NCBI GenBank assembly: GCA_019115665.1
Contig: DXDD01000156.1
Location: 10,877-74,876, forward strand
Reading direction: 5' to 3'
DNA length: 64,000 nucleotides
From: Candidatus Eisenbergiella pullistercoris
GTDB lineage: Bacteria > Bacillota > Clostridia > Lachnospirales > Lachnospiraceae
Made by a program: the position numbers and the translations under genes. Below the pieces are notes generated by a model that saw only the letters and a program-made list of their open reading frames with translations, did no database searches and was not told the origin of the DNA. Below, piece by piece: positions 36,991 through 49,979 of this stretch (position 1 is the first letter of the stretch; every line of letters begins with the position of its first letter).

Positions 36991-38097
36991 GTGAAGCTGA
37001 AGATTGGATGTATTTCCGGCGACGGGATCGGACCGGAGATCGTAGGAGAAGCGAGAAAGGTACTGGAAAGGATCGCTGTCAGATACGGGCATGAGATTTC
37101 CTGGACAGACATTCTGCTCGGAGGCGCGTCCATTGATGCGTACGGCGTGCCCCTGACGCCGGAGGCCGTGCAGGCGGCGAAGGAAAGCGACGCGGTGCTG
37201 ATGGGATCCATCGGCGGGGACGCGAACACCTCTCCCTGGTATCAGCTTCCGCCGGACCGGAGGCCGGAGGCGGGGCTTCTCGCCATCCGAAAGGAGCTGG
37301 GGCTGTTCGCCAACCTGCGGCCCGCGCTGCTTTACGAGGAGCTGGCGGACGCCTGCCCGTTAAAGAAGGAGACCAGCGAGGCGGGCTTTGACCTGCTGAT
37401 CATGAGAGAACTGACCGGCGGCCTGTATTTCGGAGCCAGGAAGACCACGGTGGAGAACGGTCTCCGCACGGCGGTGGATACGCTGGTCTACAATGAAAAC
37501 GAGATCCGCCGGATCGCCGTGAAAGCCTTTGACATCGCGCGCAAGCGCAGAGGAAAGGTGACCAGCGTGGACAAGGCGAACGTGCTGGATTCCTCCCGCC
37601 TGTGGAGAGCCGTGGTGAACGAGGTGGCCGCGGACTATCCGGATGTGGAGCTTTCCCATATGCTGGTTGACAACTGCGCCATGCAGCTGGTGAAGGATCC
37701 GGCCCAGTTCGATGTGATCCTGACCGAGAACATGTTCGGCGACATCCTTTCCGATGAGGCGAGCATGGTGACGGGCTCCATCGGCATGCTCGCGAGCGCC
37801 AGCCTGAACGATACGAAGTTCGGCCTGTATGAGCCCAGCCACGGGAGCGCGCCGGACATTGCGGGAAAGGACATCGCCAATCCCATCGCCACCATTTTGA
37901 GCGCGGCCATGATGCTCCGCTACAGCTTTGACCTGGATGAAGAGGCGGACGCCGTGGAAGGAGCGGTGAAGCAGGTGCTGAAGGAAGGCTTCCGGACCGC
38001 GGATATCATGCCGCAGAAGGACGCCGCGGGAAGCGGCGCGGCGTGCAGGAAATGCTCCTGCAGCGAGATGGGAAGCCTGATCGCGGAACGGATATAA
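36991..38097 (+). CDS. leuB: 3-isopropylmalate dehydrogenase
   Basis: GTG 36991 after GGAGG; [45 protein letters not shown]. Confidence 0.96.
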   Translation: MKLKIGCISGDGIGPEIVGEARKVLERIAVRYGHEISWTDILLGGASIDAYGVPLTPEAVQAAKESDAVLMGSIGGDANTSPWYQLPPDRRPEAGLLAIRKELGLFANLRPALLYEELADACPLKKETSEAGFDLLIMRELTGGLYFGARKTTVENGLRTAVDTLVYNENEIRRIAVKAFDIARKRRGKVTSVDKANVLDSSRLWRAVVNEVAADYPDVELSHMLVDNCAMQLVKDPAQFDVILTENMFGDILSDEASMVTGSIGMLASASLNDTKFGLYEPSHGSAPDIAGKDIANPIATILSAAMMLRYSFDLDEEADAVEGAVKQVLKEGFRTADIMPQKDAAGSGAACRKCSCSEMGSLIAERI

Positions 38098-38185
38098 CGG
38101 CGCGGGAAGCGGCGCAGAGATAACGGAAGGGATTCCAAAGAAGCGGAATCCGTCAGACATAGAAGCAAAGAAAGGAAGAACAGCG

Positions 38186-39850
38186 ATGAGAAGCGATTCA
38201 GTGAAAACAGGAGTACAGCAGGCTCCCCACAGAAGCCTGTTCAACGCGCTTGGCATCACCGAGGAGGAGAGAAACAGGCCTCTGATCGGAATCGTCAGCT
38301 CTTATAACGAGATCGTTCCGGGGCATATGAACCTGGACAAGATCGTGGAGGCGGTGAAGCTTGGCGTGGCCATGGCGGGAGGAACGCCGTTCGTGTTCCC
38401 GGCCATCGCGGTCTGCGACGGCATTGCCATGGGGCATATCGGCATGAAATATTCCCTTGTGACCAGGGACCTGATCTGCGACAGCACGGAGTGCATGGCC
38501 ATGGCCCACGGCTTCGACGGCCTGGTGATGATCCCGAACTGCGATAAGAACGTGCCCGGCCTTTTGATGGCCGCGGCAAGAGTGAACATCCCCACCATCT
38601 TCGTTTCCGGCGGCCCGATGCTGGCCGGCCATGTGTGCGGACACAAGACCAGCCTTTCCTCCATGTTTGAGGCGGTGGGAAGCGTTGCCGCGGGAACCAT
38701 GTCGATGGAGGAGCTGAATGAATATGAAGAAAAGGCCTGCCCCACCTGCGGCTCCTGCTCCGGCATGTATACGGCCAACTCCATGAACTGCCTGACCGAG
38801 GCGCTGGGCATGGGCCTGAAGGGCAACGGCACCATTCCGGCGGTCTATTCCGAAAGAATCCGTCTGGCAAAGCATGCGGGCATGCAGATCATGCAGCTGG
38901 TGGAAAAGAACATCCGTCCCAGGGATATCATGACGAAGGAAGCCTTCCTGAACGCCCTGACCATGGATATGGCGCTGGGCTGCTCCACCAATTCCATGCT
39001 CCACCTTCCTGCCATCGCCCATGAGGCGGGCGTGGAGCTGAACATGGAGATCGCCAACGAGCTTTCCGCAAGGACGCCGAACCTCTGCCATCTGGCTCCG
39101 GCAGGCCCCACCTATATCGAGGATCTGAACGAGGCGGGCGGCGTGTACGCCGTGATGAACGAGCTGAATAAGAAGGGCCTTCTGTATACGGACCTGATCA
39201 CCGTGACCGGAAAGACGGTGGCGGAGAATATCGCGGGATGCGTGAACAAAAATCCCGAGGTCATCCGTCCCATTGACAATCCCTATTCCGAGACGGGCGG
39301 CATCGCGGTGCTGAAGGGCAACCTTGCTCCGGAGACCGCTGTGGTCAAGCGTTCCGCGGTCGCGCCGGAGATGATGGTGCATGAGGGCCCCGCCAGAGTG
39401 TTCGACTGCGAGGAGGACGCCATCGCCGCGATCAAGGGCGGAAAGATCGTTCCCGGCGACGTGGTGGTGATCCGCTACGAGGGACCCAAGGGCGGCCCCG
39501 GCATGAGAGAGATGCTCAATCCCACCTCCGCCATTGCGGGCATGGGAATGGGCTCCACCGTGGCCCTGATCACGGACGGACGCTTCAGCGGCGCTTCCAG
39601 AGGAGCCTCCATCGGCCATGTGTGCCCGGAAGCCGCGCAGGGAGGCCCCATCGCCCTGGTGGAAGAGGGAGACATCATCAGCATCAATATTCCGGAAAAC
39701 CGTCTGGATGTGAAGGTATCCGAGGAAGAGATGCAGAAGAGAAAAGATAAATGGCAGCCCAGACAGCCCCGCGTGACCACAGGTTATCTGGCAAGATATG
39801 AGAAGATGGTGACGAGCGCGAACAGAGGAGCTGTTCTGGAGATCAAATAG
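38186..39850 (+). CDS. ilvD: Dihydroxy-acid dehydratase
   Basis: [45 protein letters not shown]. Confidence 0.97.
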   Translation: MRSDSVKTGVQQAPHRSLFNALGITEEERNRPLIGIVSSYNEIVPGHMNLDKIVEAVKLGVAMAGGTPFVFPAIAVCDGIAMGHIGMKYSLVTRDLICDSTECMAMAHGFDGLVMIPNCDKNVPGLLMAAARVNIPTIFVSGGPMLAGHVCGHKTSLSSMFEAVGSVAAGTMSMEELNEYEEKACPTCGSCSGMYTANSMNCLTEALGMGLKGNGTIPAVYSERIRLAKHAGMQIMQLVEKNIRPRDIMTKEAFLNALTMDMALGCSTNSMLHLPAIAHEAGVELNMEIANELSARTPNLCHLAPAGPTYIEDLNEAGGVYAVMNELNKKGLLYTDLITVTGKTVAENIAGCVNKNPEVIRPIDNPYSETGGIAVLKGNLAPETAVVKRSAVAPEMMVHEGPARVFDCEEDAIAAIKGGKIVPGDVVVIRYEGPKGGPGMREMLNPTSAIAGMGMGSTVALITDGRFSGASRGASIGHVCPEAAQGGPIALVEEGDIISINIPENRLDVKVSEEEMQKRKDKWQPRQPRVTTGYLARYEKMVTSANRGAVLEIK

Positions 39851-39860
39851 AAAGGCGCTG

Positions 39861-41564
39861 ATGTACATGCAGCTTACAGGAGCTGAGATCATTGTGGAAT
39901 GTCTGAAGGAGCAGGGAGTGGATACCGTTTTCGGCTATCCCGGCGGCACGATCCTGAACGTGTACGACGCGCTCTATCAGCATCAGAACGAAATTTTTCA
40001 TGTGCTGACCTCCCATGAGCAGGGGGCGGCGCATGCGGCGGACGGCTATGCCAGAGCGACCGGAAAGGTGGGCGTCTGCATGGCGACCAGCGGCCCCGGA
40101 GCCACCAACCTGGTCACGGGGATCGCTACCGCGTACATGGATTCCATCCCGGTGGTCGCGATCACGGCCAACGTGAATCTCCCTTCCCTGGGAAAGGATT
40201 CCTTCCAGGAGGTGGATATCGCCGGCGTGACCATGCCCATCACCAAGCACGGATACATCGTAAAGGATGTGCGGATCCTGGCGGATACCATCCGGAAGGC
40301 GTTTCAGATCGCCGCGTCAGGCCGCCCGGGACCGGTGCTGGTGGATGTGACCAAGGATGTGACGGCGGCGGTGTGCGAATACACCCCGGTGAAGCCGGAA
40401 AAGCCGCGGCATCAGAACCGTTTTACGGAAACGGAGCTGGAGGAAGCGCTGAAGCTCCTTCAGTCGGCAAAGCGTCCTTTTCTGTATGTGGGAGGCGGAG
40501 CCGTGCTTTCCGGCGCATCGGAGCAGGTGCGCGCCTTCGCGCGTCTTCTGGACGCTCCGGTCTGCGATTCCCTGATGGGAAAGGGAGCCTTTGACGGGAC
40601 CGATCCCCGCTATACCGGAATGATCGGCATGCACGGGACCAAGGCCTCCAACCTGGGCGTGAGCGGCTGCGACCTTCTTGTGGCCCTGGGAGCCCGCTTT
40701 TCCGACCGGGTGGTCGGGAATGTGAAGACCTTCGCTTCCCGGGCAAAGATCCTTCATATCGACGTCGATGCGGCGGAGATCAACAAAAACGTCCGCGCGG
40801 ACGCGTCTCTTGTGGGAGATCTGAAGGATGTGCTTCACCTCCTGAACGAAAGGCTGCCGCAGCAGTCCCATGAAAAGTGGATGGCGCATATCATGGAGCT
40901 GAAGGAGGAATATCCTCTTTCCTATGACAAGTCGCAGCTGAGCGGCCCCTATATCATAGAAGAGCTGGAACGCCTGACCCGGGGAAAGGCAGTGATCACC
41001 ACGGACGTGGGCCAGCATCAGATGTGGACGGCCCAGTACTACCATTTCATCCAGCCGAGGACCTTCCTGTCCTCCGGGGGCCTTGGCACCATGGGCTACG
41101 GCCTGGGAGCCTGCATCGGCGCGAAGACGGGACGGCCGGATAAGATCTGCGTGAACATCGCCGGAGACGGATGCTTCCGCATGAACATGAACGAGCTGGC
41201 CACGGCCAGCCGGTATCAGATCCCCGTCATTCAGATCGTGTTCAACAACCACGTGCTGGGGATGGTGCGGCAGTGGCAGACGCTCTTTTACGGCCACAGA
41301 TATTCCCAGACCGTGCTTTCCGACCGGGTGGATTTCTGCAGGGTGGCGGAAGGGCTGGGCTGCAGGGCCATCCGTGTGACGAAGAAGGAAGAAGTGGTTC
41401 CTGCGCTGAAGGAGGCCATTGCGGAGAACGGCCCCGTGCTGATCGAGTGCGTGATCCCGGAGGACGACAAGGTATTCCCGATGGTGTCTCCCGGAGGTTC
41501 CATCAGCGAAGCGTTCGACGCGGCGGATCTGAAGAAAAGGGAAGAAGCCGGCGCGCAGTCATAG
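39861..41564 (+). CDS. ilvB: Acetolactate synthase large subunit
   Basis: FGYPGG, HEQGAAHAADGYAR, TSGPGATN, DVGQHQMW, GDGCFRMN, GMVRQWQ. Confidence 0.95.
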   Translation: MYMQLTGAEIIVECLKEQGVDTVFGYPGGTILNVYDALYQHQNEIFHVLTSHEQGAAHAADGYARATGKVGVCMATSGPGATNLVTGIATAYMDSIPVVAITANVNLPSLGKDSFQEVDIAGVTMPITKHGYIVKDVRILADTIRKAFQIAASGRPGPVLVDVTKDVTAAVCEYTPVKPEKPRHQNRFTETELEEALKLLQSAKRPFLYVGGGAVLSGASEQVRAFARLLDAPVCDSLMGKGAFDGTDPRYTGMIGMHGTKASNLGVSGCDLLVALGARFSDRVVGNVKTFASRAKILHIDVDAAEINKNVRADASLVGDLKDVLHLLNERLPQQSHEKWMAHIMELKEEYPLSYDKSQLSGPYIIEELERLTRGKAVITTDVGQHQMWTAQYYHFIQPRTFLSSGGLGTMGYGLGACIGAKTGRPDKICVNIAGDGCFRMNMNELATASRYQIPVIQIVFNNHVLGMVRQWQTLFYGHRYSQTVLSDRVDFCRVAEGLGCRAIRVTKKEEVVPALKEAIAENGPVLIECVIPEDDKVFPMVSPGGSISEAFDAADLKKREEAGAQS

Positions 41565-41586
41565 AAACGATGAGGAGGAGAAAAAA

Positions 41587-42669
41587 GTGTCAAGAGTATA
41601 TAATTTTTCGGCGGGCCCTGCGGTCCTGCCGGAGTCGGTATTAAAGGAAGCGGCGGATGAGATGCTGGACTACAGAGGCTGCGGCATGTCCGTGATGGAG
41701 ATGAGCCACCGCTCCAAAACCTACCAGACGATCCTGGACGAGGCGGAGGCGGATCTGCGGGATCTGATCGGGATTCCGGACAATTATAAGGTGCTTTTCC
41801 TGCAGGGAGGAGCCAGCCAGCAGTTTGCCATGATCCCCATGAATCTGATGAAGAACCGGGTCGCCGACTATATCGTGACCGGACAGTGGGCGAAGAAGGC
41901 CTGGCAGGAGGCTTCCAAATACGGAACGGCGAACAAGATCGCCTCTTCGGAGGATCAGACCTTTTCCTACATCCCGGACTGCTCCGACCTTCCTGTTTCG
42001 GAGAATGCGGATTATGTTTATATCTGCGAAAACAACACCATTTACGGCACCAAGTTCAAAACCCTTCCCAACACGAAGGGAAAGCCCCTGGTGGCGGACG
42101 TGTCTTCCTGCTTCCTTTCCGAGCCCGTGGACATCACGAAATATGCCCTGATGTACGGCGGCGTGCAGAAAAACATCGGCCCTGCGGGCGTGGTGATCGT
42201 GATCATCAGAGAGGATCTCATCACGGAGGATGTGCTTCCCGGCACGCCCACCATGCTTCAGTATAAGATCCACGCGGACGCGGGCTCCCTTTACAATACC
42301 CCGCCCGCATACGGAATCTATATCTGCGGCAAGGTGTTCAAGTGGCTGAAGGGACTGGGCGGACTTTCCGCCATCCAGAAGGTGAACGAGGAGAAGGCGA
42401 AGCTTCTGTATGACTTCCTGGATGAAAGCAGCCTGTTCAAGGGCACGGTGCGCAGACAGGACCGTTCCCTGATGAACGTGCCGTTCGTTACGGGAAGCGA
42501 CGAGCTGGACGCGAAGTTCGTAAAAGAGGCGAAGGAACACGGCCTGGAAAACCTGAAGGGACACAGGAGCGTGGGCGGCATGCGCGCGAGCATTTACAAC
42601 GCCATGCCGACAGAGGGCGTGCGCAGCCTTGTGGAGTTTATGAAAAAATTTGAAATGGAGAACAGATGA
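41587..42669 (+). CDS. serC: Phosphoserine aminotransferase
   Basis: GTG start; YNFSAGPAVLP, MEMSHRS, QKNIGPAG, GHRSVGGMRASIYNA. Confidence 0.97.
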   Translation: MSRVYNFSAGPAVLPESVLKEAADEMLDYRGCGMSVMEMSHRSKTYQTILDEAEADLRDLIGIPDNYKVLFLQGGASQQFAMIPMNLMKNRVADYIVTGQWAKKAWQEASKYGTANKIASSEDQTFSYIPDCSDLPVSENADYVYICENNTIYGTKFKTLPNTKGKPLVADVSSCFLSEPVDITKYALMYGGVQKNIGPAGVVIVIIREDLITEDVLPGTPTMLQYKIHADAGSLYNTPPAYGIYICGKVFKWLKGLGGLSAIQKVNEEKAKLLYDFLDESSLFKGTVRRQDRSLMNVPFVTGSDELDAKFVKEAKEHGLENLKGHRSVGGMRASIYNAMPTEGVRSLVEFMKKFEMENR

Positions 42670-42670
42670 C

Positions 42671-43834
42671 ATGTTTCATTATTATTGCCTGAATCCCATT
42701 TCCAGTGTGGGACTTGAAGGGTTTACGGAAGGATATGAGGCGGTACAGAATCCGGCGGAGGCGGAGGGCATCCTGGTCCGCAGCGCTTCCATGCATGAAA
42801 TGGAACTGCCGGAGAAACTTCTGGCGGTGGCCAGGGCCGGAGCGGGCACGAACAACATCCCCCTGGATAAATGCGCGGAAAAGGGGATCGTGGTCTTCAA
42901 CACGCCGGGCGCCAACGCCAACGGCGTAAAGGAGATCGTGATCGCCGCCATGCTGCTGGCCTCCCGGGACATCGTGGACGGCATCAACTGGGTGAAGGAA
43001 AACAGCGCCGATCCCGAGGTGGGAAAGAAAGCCGAGAAGATCAAAAAGAATTTCGCGGGAACCGAGGTGCAGGGAAAGAAGCTCGGCATCATCGGCCTGG
43101 GAGCCATCGGCGTGAAGGTGGCCAACACGGCGAAGCATCTGGGCATGGAGGTCTACGGCTATGATCCTTACGTGTCCGTGGACGCGGCCTGGAACCTCAG
43201 CCGGGACGTGAAGCACGTGATCGATGTGAACGAGATCTATGAGAAATGCGATATCATCACCATCCACGTTCCCCTTCTGGACAGCACGAAGGGAATGATC
43301 GGAGAGGCCGCTCTGGAAAAGATGAAGGACGGCGTGATCCTTCTGAATTTTGCCAGAGATCTTCTGGTGGATGAGCCGGCCGTGGTCCGCGCCATTGAGA
43401 GCGGAAAGGTGCGCCGGTACGTATCCGACTTCCCGAATCCCGTGACGGCCGGAAAGAAGGGCTGCATCGTCATCCCCCATCTGGGAGCGTCCACGGAGGA
43501 ATCCGAGGACAACTGCGCGGCGATGGCGGTGAAGGAGCTGATGGATTACCTGGAGAACGGAAATATCAAGAACAGCGTGAATTACCCCGCCTGCGACATG
43601 GGCGTATGCACCCAGGCCGGCCGGATCAGCATCTTCCACAAAAACGTGGCGAACATGATCACCCGCTTCGCGGCCCTGTTCGGAGAGAAGGGGATCAACA
43701 TTTCCGACATGATCAACAAATCAAAGGGCGAGGTCGCCTATACCATGCTGGACGTGGAGGAGAAGGCGTCGGAGGAGATCATCGACACCCTGCGCGCCAT
43801 TCCGGGCGTGTTCCGCGTGCGGGTAGTAAAATAG
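42671..43834 (+). CDS. serA: D-3-phosphoglycerate dehydrogenase with C-terminal ACT domain
   Basis: ARAGAGTNNI, NTPGANAN, GLGAIG, NFAR, PHLGASTEE. Confidence 0.92.
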   Translation: MFHYYCLNPISSVGLEGFTEGYEAVQNPAEAEGILVRSASMHEMELPEKLLAVARAGAGTNNIPLDKCAEKGIVVFNTPGANANGVKEIVIAAMLLASRDIVDGINWVKENSADPEVGKKAEKIKKNFAGTEVQGKKLGIIGLGAIGVKVANTAKHLGMEVYGYDPYVSVDAAWNLSRDVKHVIDVNEIYEKCDIITIHVPLLDSTKGMIGEAALEKMKDGVILLNFARDLLVDEPAVVRAIESGKVRRYVSDFPNPVTAGKKGCIVIPHLGASTEESEDNCAAMAVKELMDYLENGNIKNSVNYPACDMGVCTQAGRISIFHKNVANMITRFAALFGEKGINISDMINKSKGEVAYTMLDVEEKASEEIIDTLRAIPGVFRVRVVK

Positions 43835-43903
43835 CGGGAAGAAGGTCCGCATTGTCTTACGTGCCGGTCGGCAGGCGGCCGGCACTGGCTGCAGCAGGCG
43901 CCG

Positions 43904-43963
43904 CTGTTCGGCCAGGTCTGCGCATTACCTGCGCAGACCGTACGAAAACGTACAGGCAGAAAG
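43904..43963 (+). repeat. Partial third copy of the 135-bp MITE-like element
   Basis: GCCAGGTCTGCGCATTACCTGCGCAGACCGTACGAAAACGTACAGGCAGAAAG matches 2824-2876; runs into hairpin AAAGGCACATC...GGTGTGCCTTTTTT. Confidence 0.8.
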
Positions 43964-44070
43964 GCACATCAGACGGTGTGCCTTTTTTACTTGTATCCAA
44001 AAGCAGAATCGGGTATACTGTATACTAGAAAAAAGAAAACAACATGTCAGCCTGGCAGATGGGAGGGAAA

Positions 44071-45330
44071 ATGGCGGAGGTAAGACCTTTTCGGGCCTGG
44101 CGGCCCGCACAGGGAATGGAGGGACGGATAGCGGCTCTGCCCTATGACGTGGTAAGCGGGAAGGAAGCGAGGGAGGAAACGGCGCGGGAGCCCTATTCCT
44201 TTCTGGCGGTGGACAGGCCGGAGACCCAGCTTGAGGAGGGAACGGACGCCGCGCCGGAGCAGCTTTACGAAAGGGCGGGAGCGCTTCTGCGGCGCTGGAT
44301 GAAGGAGGGCAGCCTTCAGAAGGAGGCGGAGCCCTGTTATTATATTTATGAGCTGGAACGGCTCGGCCATGTCCAGACAGGGATCGCAGCCTGCGTGTCC
44401 GCGGACGATTACTTAAACGGCGTGATCCGGAGACACGAGAACACGAGAACGGAAAAGGAGGAGGACAGGACCCGGCATGTGAGGGCCTGCGGGGCGCAGA
44501 CCGGCCCGGTCTTTCTCGCTTACCGTGCGGCGCGAAAGATCCGGGAGATCACGGAGCGGTGCAGGAAGGAACCCTGTCTGTATGACTTCGTCTCTCCGGA
44601 CGGCATCGCCCACAGGGTCTGGAGGATCAGCGGGAAGGAGGACTGCCTGGCGGTCCATGAGGCCTTCGGACGGGTGAAGCGGCTGTACATAGCGGACGGA
44701 CACCACCGCTGCGCGTCAGCGGCGCGGGTGGCGCAGGAATGCAGGAGGGAATGCCCGGATTATACGGGGGAGGAACCCTTTAACTTCATTCTTTCCGTGC
44801 TGTTTCCCGACGATCAGCTCACCATCCTGGAATACAACAGGGTGATCCGGGATCTGAACGGGCTGACGCCGGAGGAATTTCTGGACCGGATCCGGGATAG
44901 CTTTGCGGTATGCCCGGAGGAAGGGCCGTACCGGCCGGAAAGGAAGGGGCTGTTCGGTCTGTATCTGGGAAAACGGTGGTACCGCCTGACCCGGAAGCCG
45001 GAGGCGGAGAACGGAGAAGCCAAAGCGCCGGATCCCGTTCGCAGGCTGGACGTTTCCGTGCTGCAGCGCCTGATCCTGGAGCCGGTCCTTGGGATCACGG
45101 ATCCGAGGACGGATGAGAGGATCGATTTCGTGGGAGGGATCCGGGGGTTAAAGGAGCTGGAAAGACGGTGCGAAGAGGACTGCGCGGCGGCCTTTTCTCT
45201 GTACCCCACATCCATCGGAGAGCTGTTTCGCGTGGCGGACGCGGGGCTTCTGATGCCGCCGAAATCCACCTGGTTTGAGCCGAAGCTGCGGAGCGGGCTT
45301 TTTATCCATGAACTGAACGAAAACGAATAG
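44071..45330 (+). CDS. DUF1015 family protein
   Basis: ALPYDV, RHENT, YIADGHHR, MPPKSTWFEPKLRSGL; TTGTAT-17-TATACT promoter at 43991-44019. Confidence 0.9.
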   Translation: MAEVRPFRAWRPAQGMEGRIAALPYDVVSGKEAREETAREPYSFLAVDRPETQLEEGTDAAPEQLYERAGALLRRWMKEGSLQKEAEPCYYIYELERLGHVQTGIAACVSADDYLNGVIRRHENTRTEKEEDRTRHVRACGAQTGPVFLAYRAARKIREITERCRKEPCLYDFVSPDGIAHRVWRISGKEDCLAVHEAFGRVKRLYIADGHHRCASAARVAQECRRECPDYTGEEPFNFILSVLFPDDQLTILEYNRVIRDLNGLTPEEFLDRIRDSFAVCPEEGPYRPERKGLFGLYLGKRWYRLTRKPEAENGEAKAPDPVRRLDVSVLQRLILEPVLGITDPRTDERIDFVGGIRGLKELERRCEEDCAAAFSLYPTSIGELFRVADAGLLMPPKSTWFEPKLRSGLFIHELNENE

Positions 45331-45349
45331 AGAGGGAAGGGAGACTGTT

Positions 45350-47892
<2,543 letters not shown>

Positions 47893-47896
<4 letters not shown>

Positions 47897-48855
47897 GACT
47901 TGCCGGGATAACGGTATGGACGGCCGCGCCGGGGGAGTACGGCGCGGCCGCCGGGAAAATTCTGCCGGCGCTTCTGTCCTCCGGGACGGATGTGTCGGAG
48001 GAGCTTGCGATCGGGGAGCAGCTTTTGCGGGCGGCTCCCCGGTCCCTTCTGGATCTGCTGACGCGGGTGGTGCTCTGTATCGTCACCTTCCTGATCGGCG
48101 CGAAGGTGATCAGCCTGATCCGGAAGCTGATCGGAAAGGCGATGGAGCGGACCGGCGCGGCGGGACAGGCCGGGCAGTTCGTGGATTCCTGCGTCAGGGT
48201 GGTGCTGTATGCCGTCCTGGTTCTGCAGATCGCCATGCATCTCGGGATCAACGCGGCGACCATCGCCACGGTCCTGGGCTCCGCCACAGTGACCGTAGGT
48301 CTTGCTTTTCAGGGCAGCCTGAAAAACTGCATCGGCGGCATCATGATCATGATCCTGCATCCTTTCCGGGTGGGGGATTATATCATCGAATCCACCTATG
48401 ACAGCGAGGGGACCGTTACGGAGATCACGGTCTTTTATACGAAGCTCGCCACCCTCGACAACCGGACGATCCTTCTGCCGAACGGGCCGCTTGCGGACGC
48501 CGGGATCACGAACGTGACCAGGGAAGAAAACCGCAGGGTGGAGCTGAAGGTGGGAATCTCCTATGAGGCGGATATCCGGCAGGCGAAGCGGGTGCTGGAG
48601 AAGCTTGTCCTGCGGGAGGAGAGGATCCGCAGGGAGCTGGGATACGACATCTTCGTGGATGATCTGGGAGCCAGCTCCGTGGTGCTCGGCCTGCGCTTCT
48701 GGACCCGGACGGAGGATTACTGGCCGGTCCGCTGGGAAATGCTGGAGGAGATCAAATACGCCTTTGACGAGAACGGGATCGGAATTCCGTATCCGCAGAT
48801 GGACGTGCATGTGAGCTGCGCGGAGAGCGGCGGGAAGGAGAAGATGCAGAGCTGA
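47893..48855 (+). CDS. mscS: Small-conductance mechanosensitive channel family protein
   Basis: VGLAFQGSLKN, PFRVGD, GTVTEI, LPNG, GIPYPQMDVH. Confidence 0.88.
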
Positions 48856-48896
48856 TAATTTTTAATGCAAAAAAGCGGATAAAAAAAAGAAAGCTC

Positions 48897-48925
48897 TTGC
48901 AAAACGGAAGAAGAGACGCTATAAT
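48897..48925 (+). promoter_or_regulatory. Sigma-A promoter of tRNA-Thr
   Basis: TTGCAA-17bp-TATAAT. Confidence 0.75.
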
Positions 48926-48941
48926 AAATCCTGTCGCAAAT

Positions 48942-49014
48942 GCTGGAATAGCGCAGTCGGTAGCGCAACTGATTCGTAATCAGTAGGTCGAGGGTTCGAG
49001 TCCCTTTTCCAGCT
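48942..49014 (+). tRNA. tRNA-Thr(CGT), CCA not encoded
   Basis: Acceptor GCTGGAA/TTCCAGC, D arm GCGC, anticodon stem ACTGA/TCAGT with loop TTCGTAA, T arm GAGGGTTCGAGTCCCTT. Confidence 0.96.
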
Positions 49015-49055
49015 TCCGGCCGCAGACGCGGACAGAGAGGACATCGTACTTTTAC

Positions 49056-49114
49056 AAAAGAAGCATTCCAAAAGCCATGAGAGAACCATCGGCCTTTGGA
49101 ATGTTTCTTTTTTT
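49056..49114 (+). terminator. Long AT-rich inverted repeat / terminator after tRNA
   Basis: AAAAGAAGCATTCCAAA...TTTGGAATGTTTCTTTT followed by T-run. Confidence 0.7.
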
Positions 49115-49149
49115 CGTCAGAAATAAGAAAGAAAGTAAATGAGGAGTAT

Positions 49150-49914
49150 ATGAATAAGAAAGAAGCTGAGGACAGGGGTCAGAAAAAACGGCTGATACTG
49201 CTGATCGGCCTTTTGTGCATGCTTATGCCGGCGGCCGTATTCACCGCGGCCTGTGGCGCGGCTTTGGAGGACGGACAGGAGGAAACGCAGACACAGATTC
49301 CGGAGGAACGGCCGGAGCTGGTTCTGGAAAACTTCCTGACGGAGGACGGAAATCTGGACGTGGCGGCGCTTCAGGCGCTGAACGGCGAATGCTATGCCTG
49401 GCTGGAGATAGAAGGAACGCCGGTCAGCTTTCCCATTCTGCAGCCATCGGAGGATCTGTCCTGGTACCTGAGCCATGATTTCTGGGGCGGAGAGGATGAT
49501 AACGGCTGCCTGTATACGGAATTTTACAACAGTATGGATTTTCAGGATCCCAATACGGTTATTTACGGAAGAAACACGGACAGCCGCTTCGGCATGCTCC
49601 ATCAGTATCAGGACAGAAGCTACTTTGACGAACACAGAGAGATCAGGATCTATCTTGCCGACAGGGTGCTGACCTACCGGATCTTTGCGGCCTATACCTA
49701 TGACGACAGGCATCTGATCATGACCTATGATTTCTGGGATGCGAATATCTTTTCCGGTTATCTTGCGGATGTCTTTTCCCAGAGACAGATGGATGCGTTT
49801 ATTGACGATTCCATGGAGGTGACGGTGGAAGACCGGATCATCACGCTCTCCACCGGGGTGACAGGCCAGAGTGAGAAAAGGTATCTGGTCCAGGCGGTTC
49901 TGGTTTCGGAATAA
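49150..49914 (+). CDS. Class B sortase-fold protein lacking catalytic His and Cys
   Basis: AWLEIEGTPVSFPILQ, YLSHDF, NTVIYGRN (normally YGHN), YRIFAAY, ITLSTG (normally TLSTC), RYLVQA. Confidence 0.88.
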   Translation: MNKKEAEDRGQKKRLILLIGLLCMLMPAAVFTAACGAALEDGQEETQTQIPEERPELVLENFLTEDGNLDVAALQALNGECYAWLEIEGTPVSFPILQPSEDLSWYLSHDFWGGEDDNGCLYTEFYNSMDFQDPNTVIYGRNTDSRFGMLHQYQDRSYFDEHREIRIYLADRVLTYRIFAAYTYDDRHLIMTYDFWDANIFSGYLADVFSQRQMDAFIDDSMEVTVEDRIITLSTGVTGQSEKRYLVQAVLVSE

Positions 49915-49979
49915 GCCGGATCTTTCGGAAGACGCAAAAAAGGATCCGGACTGTCGGGAGAGTTGGAAAGTTAGGAAAC

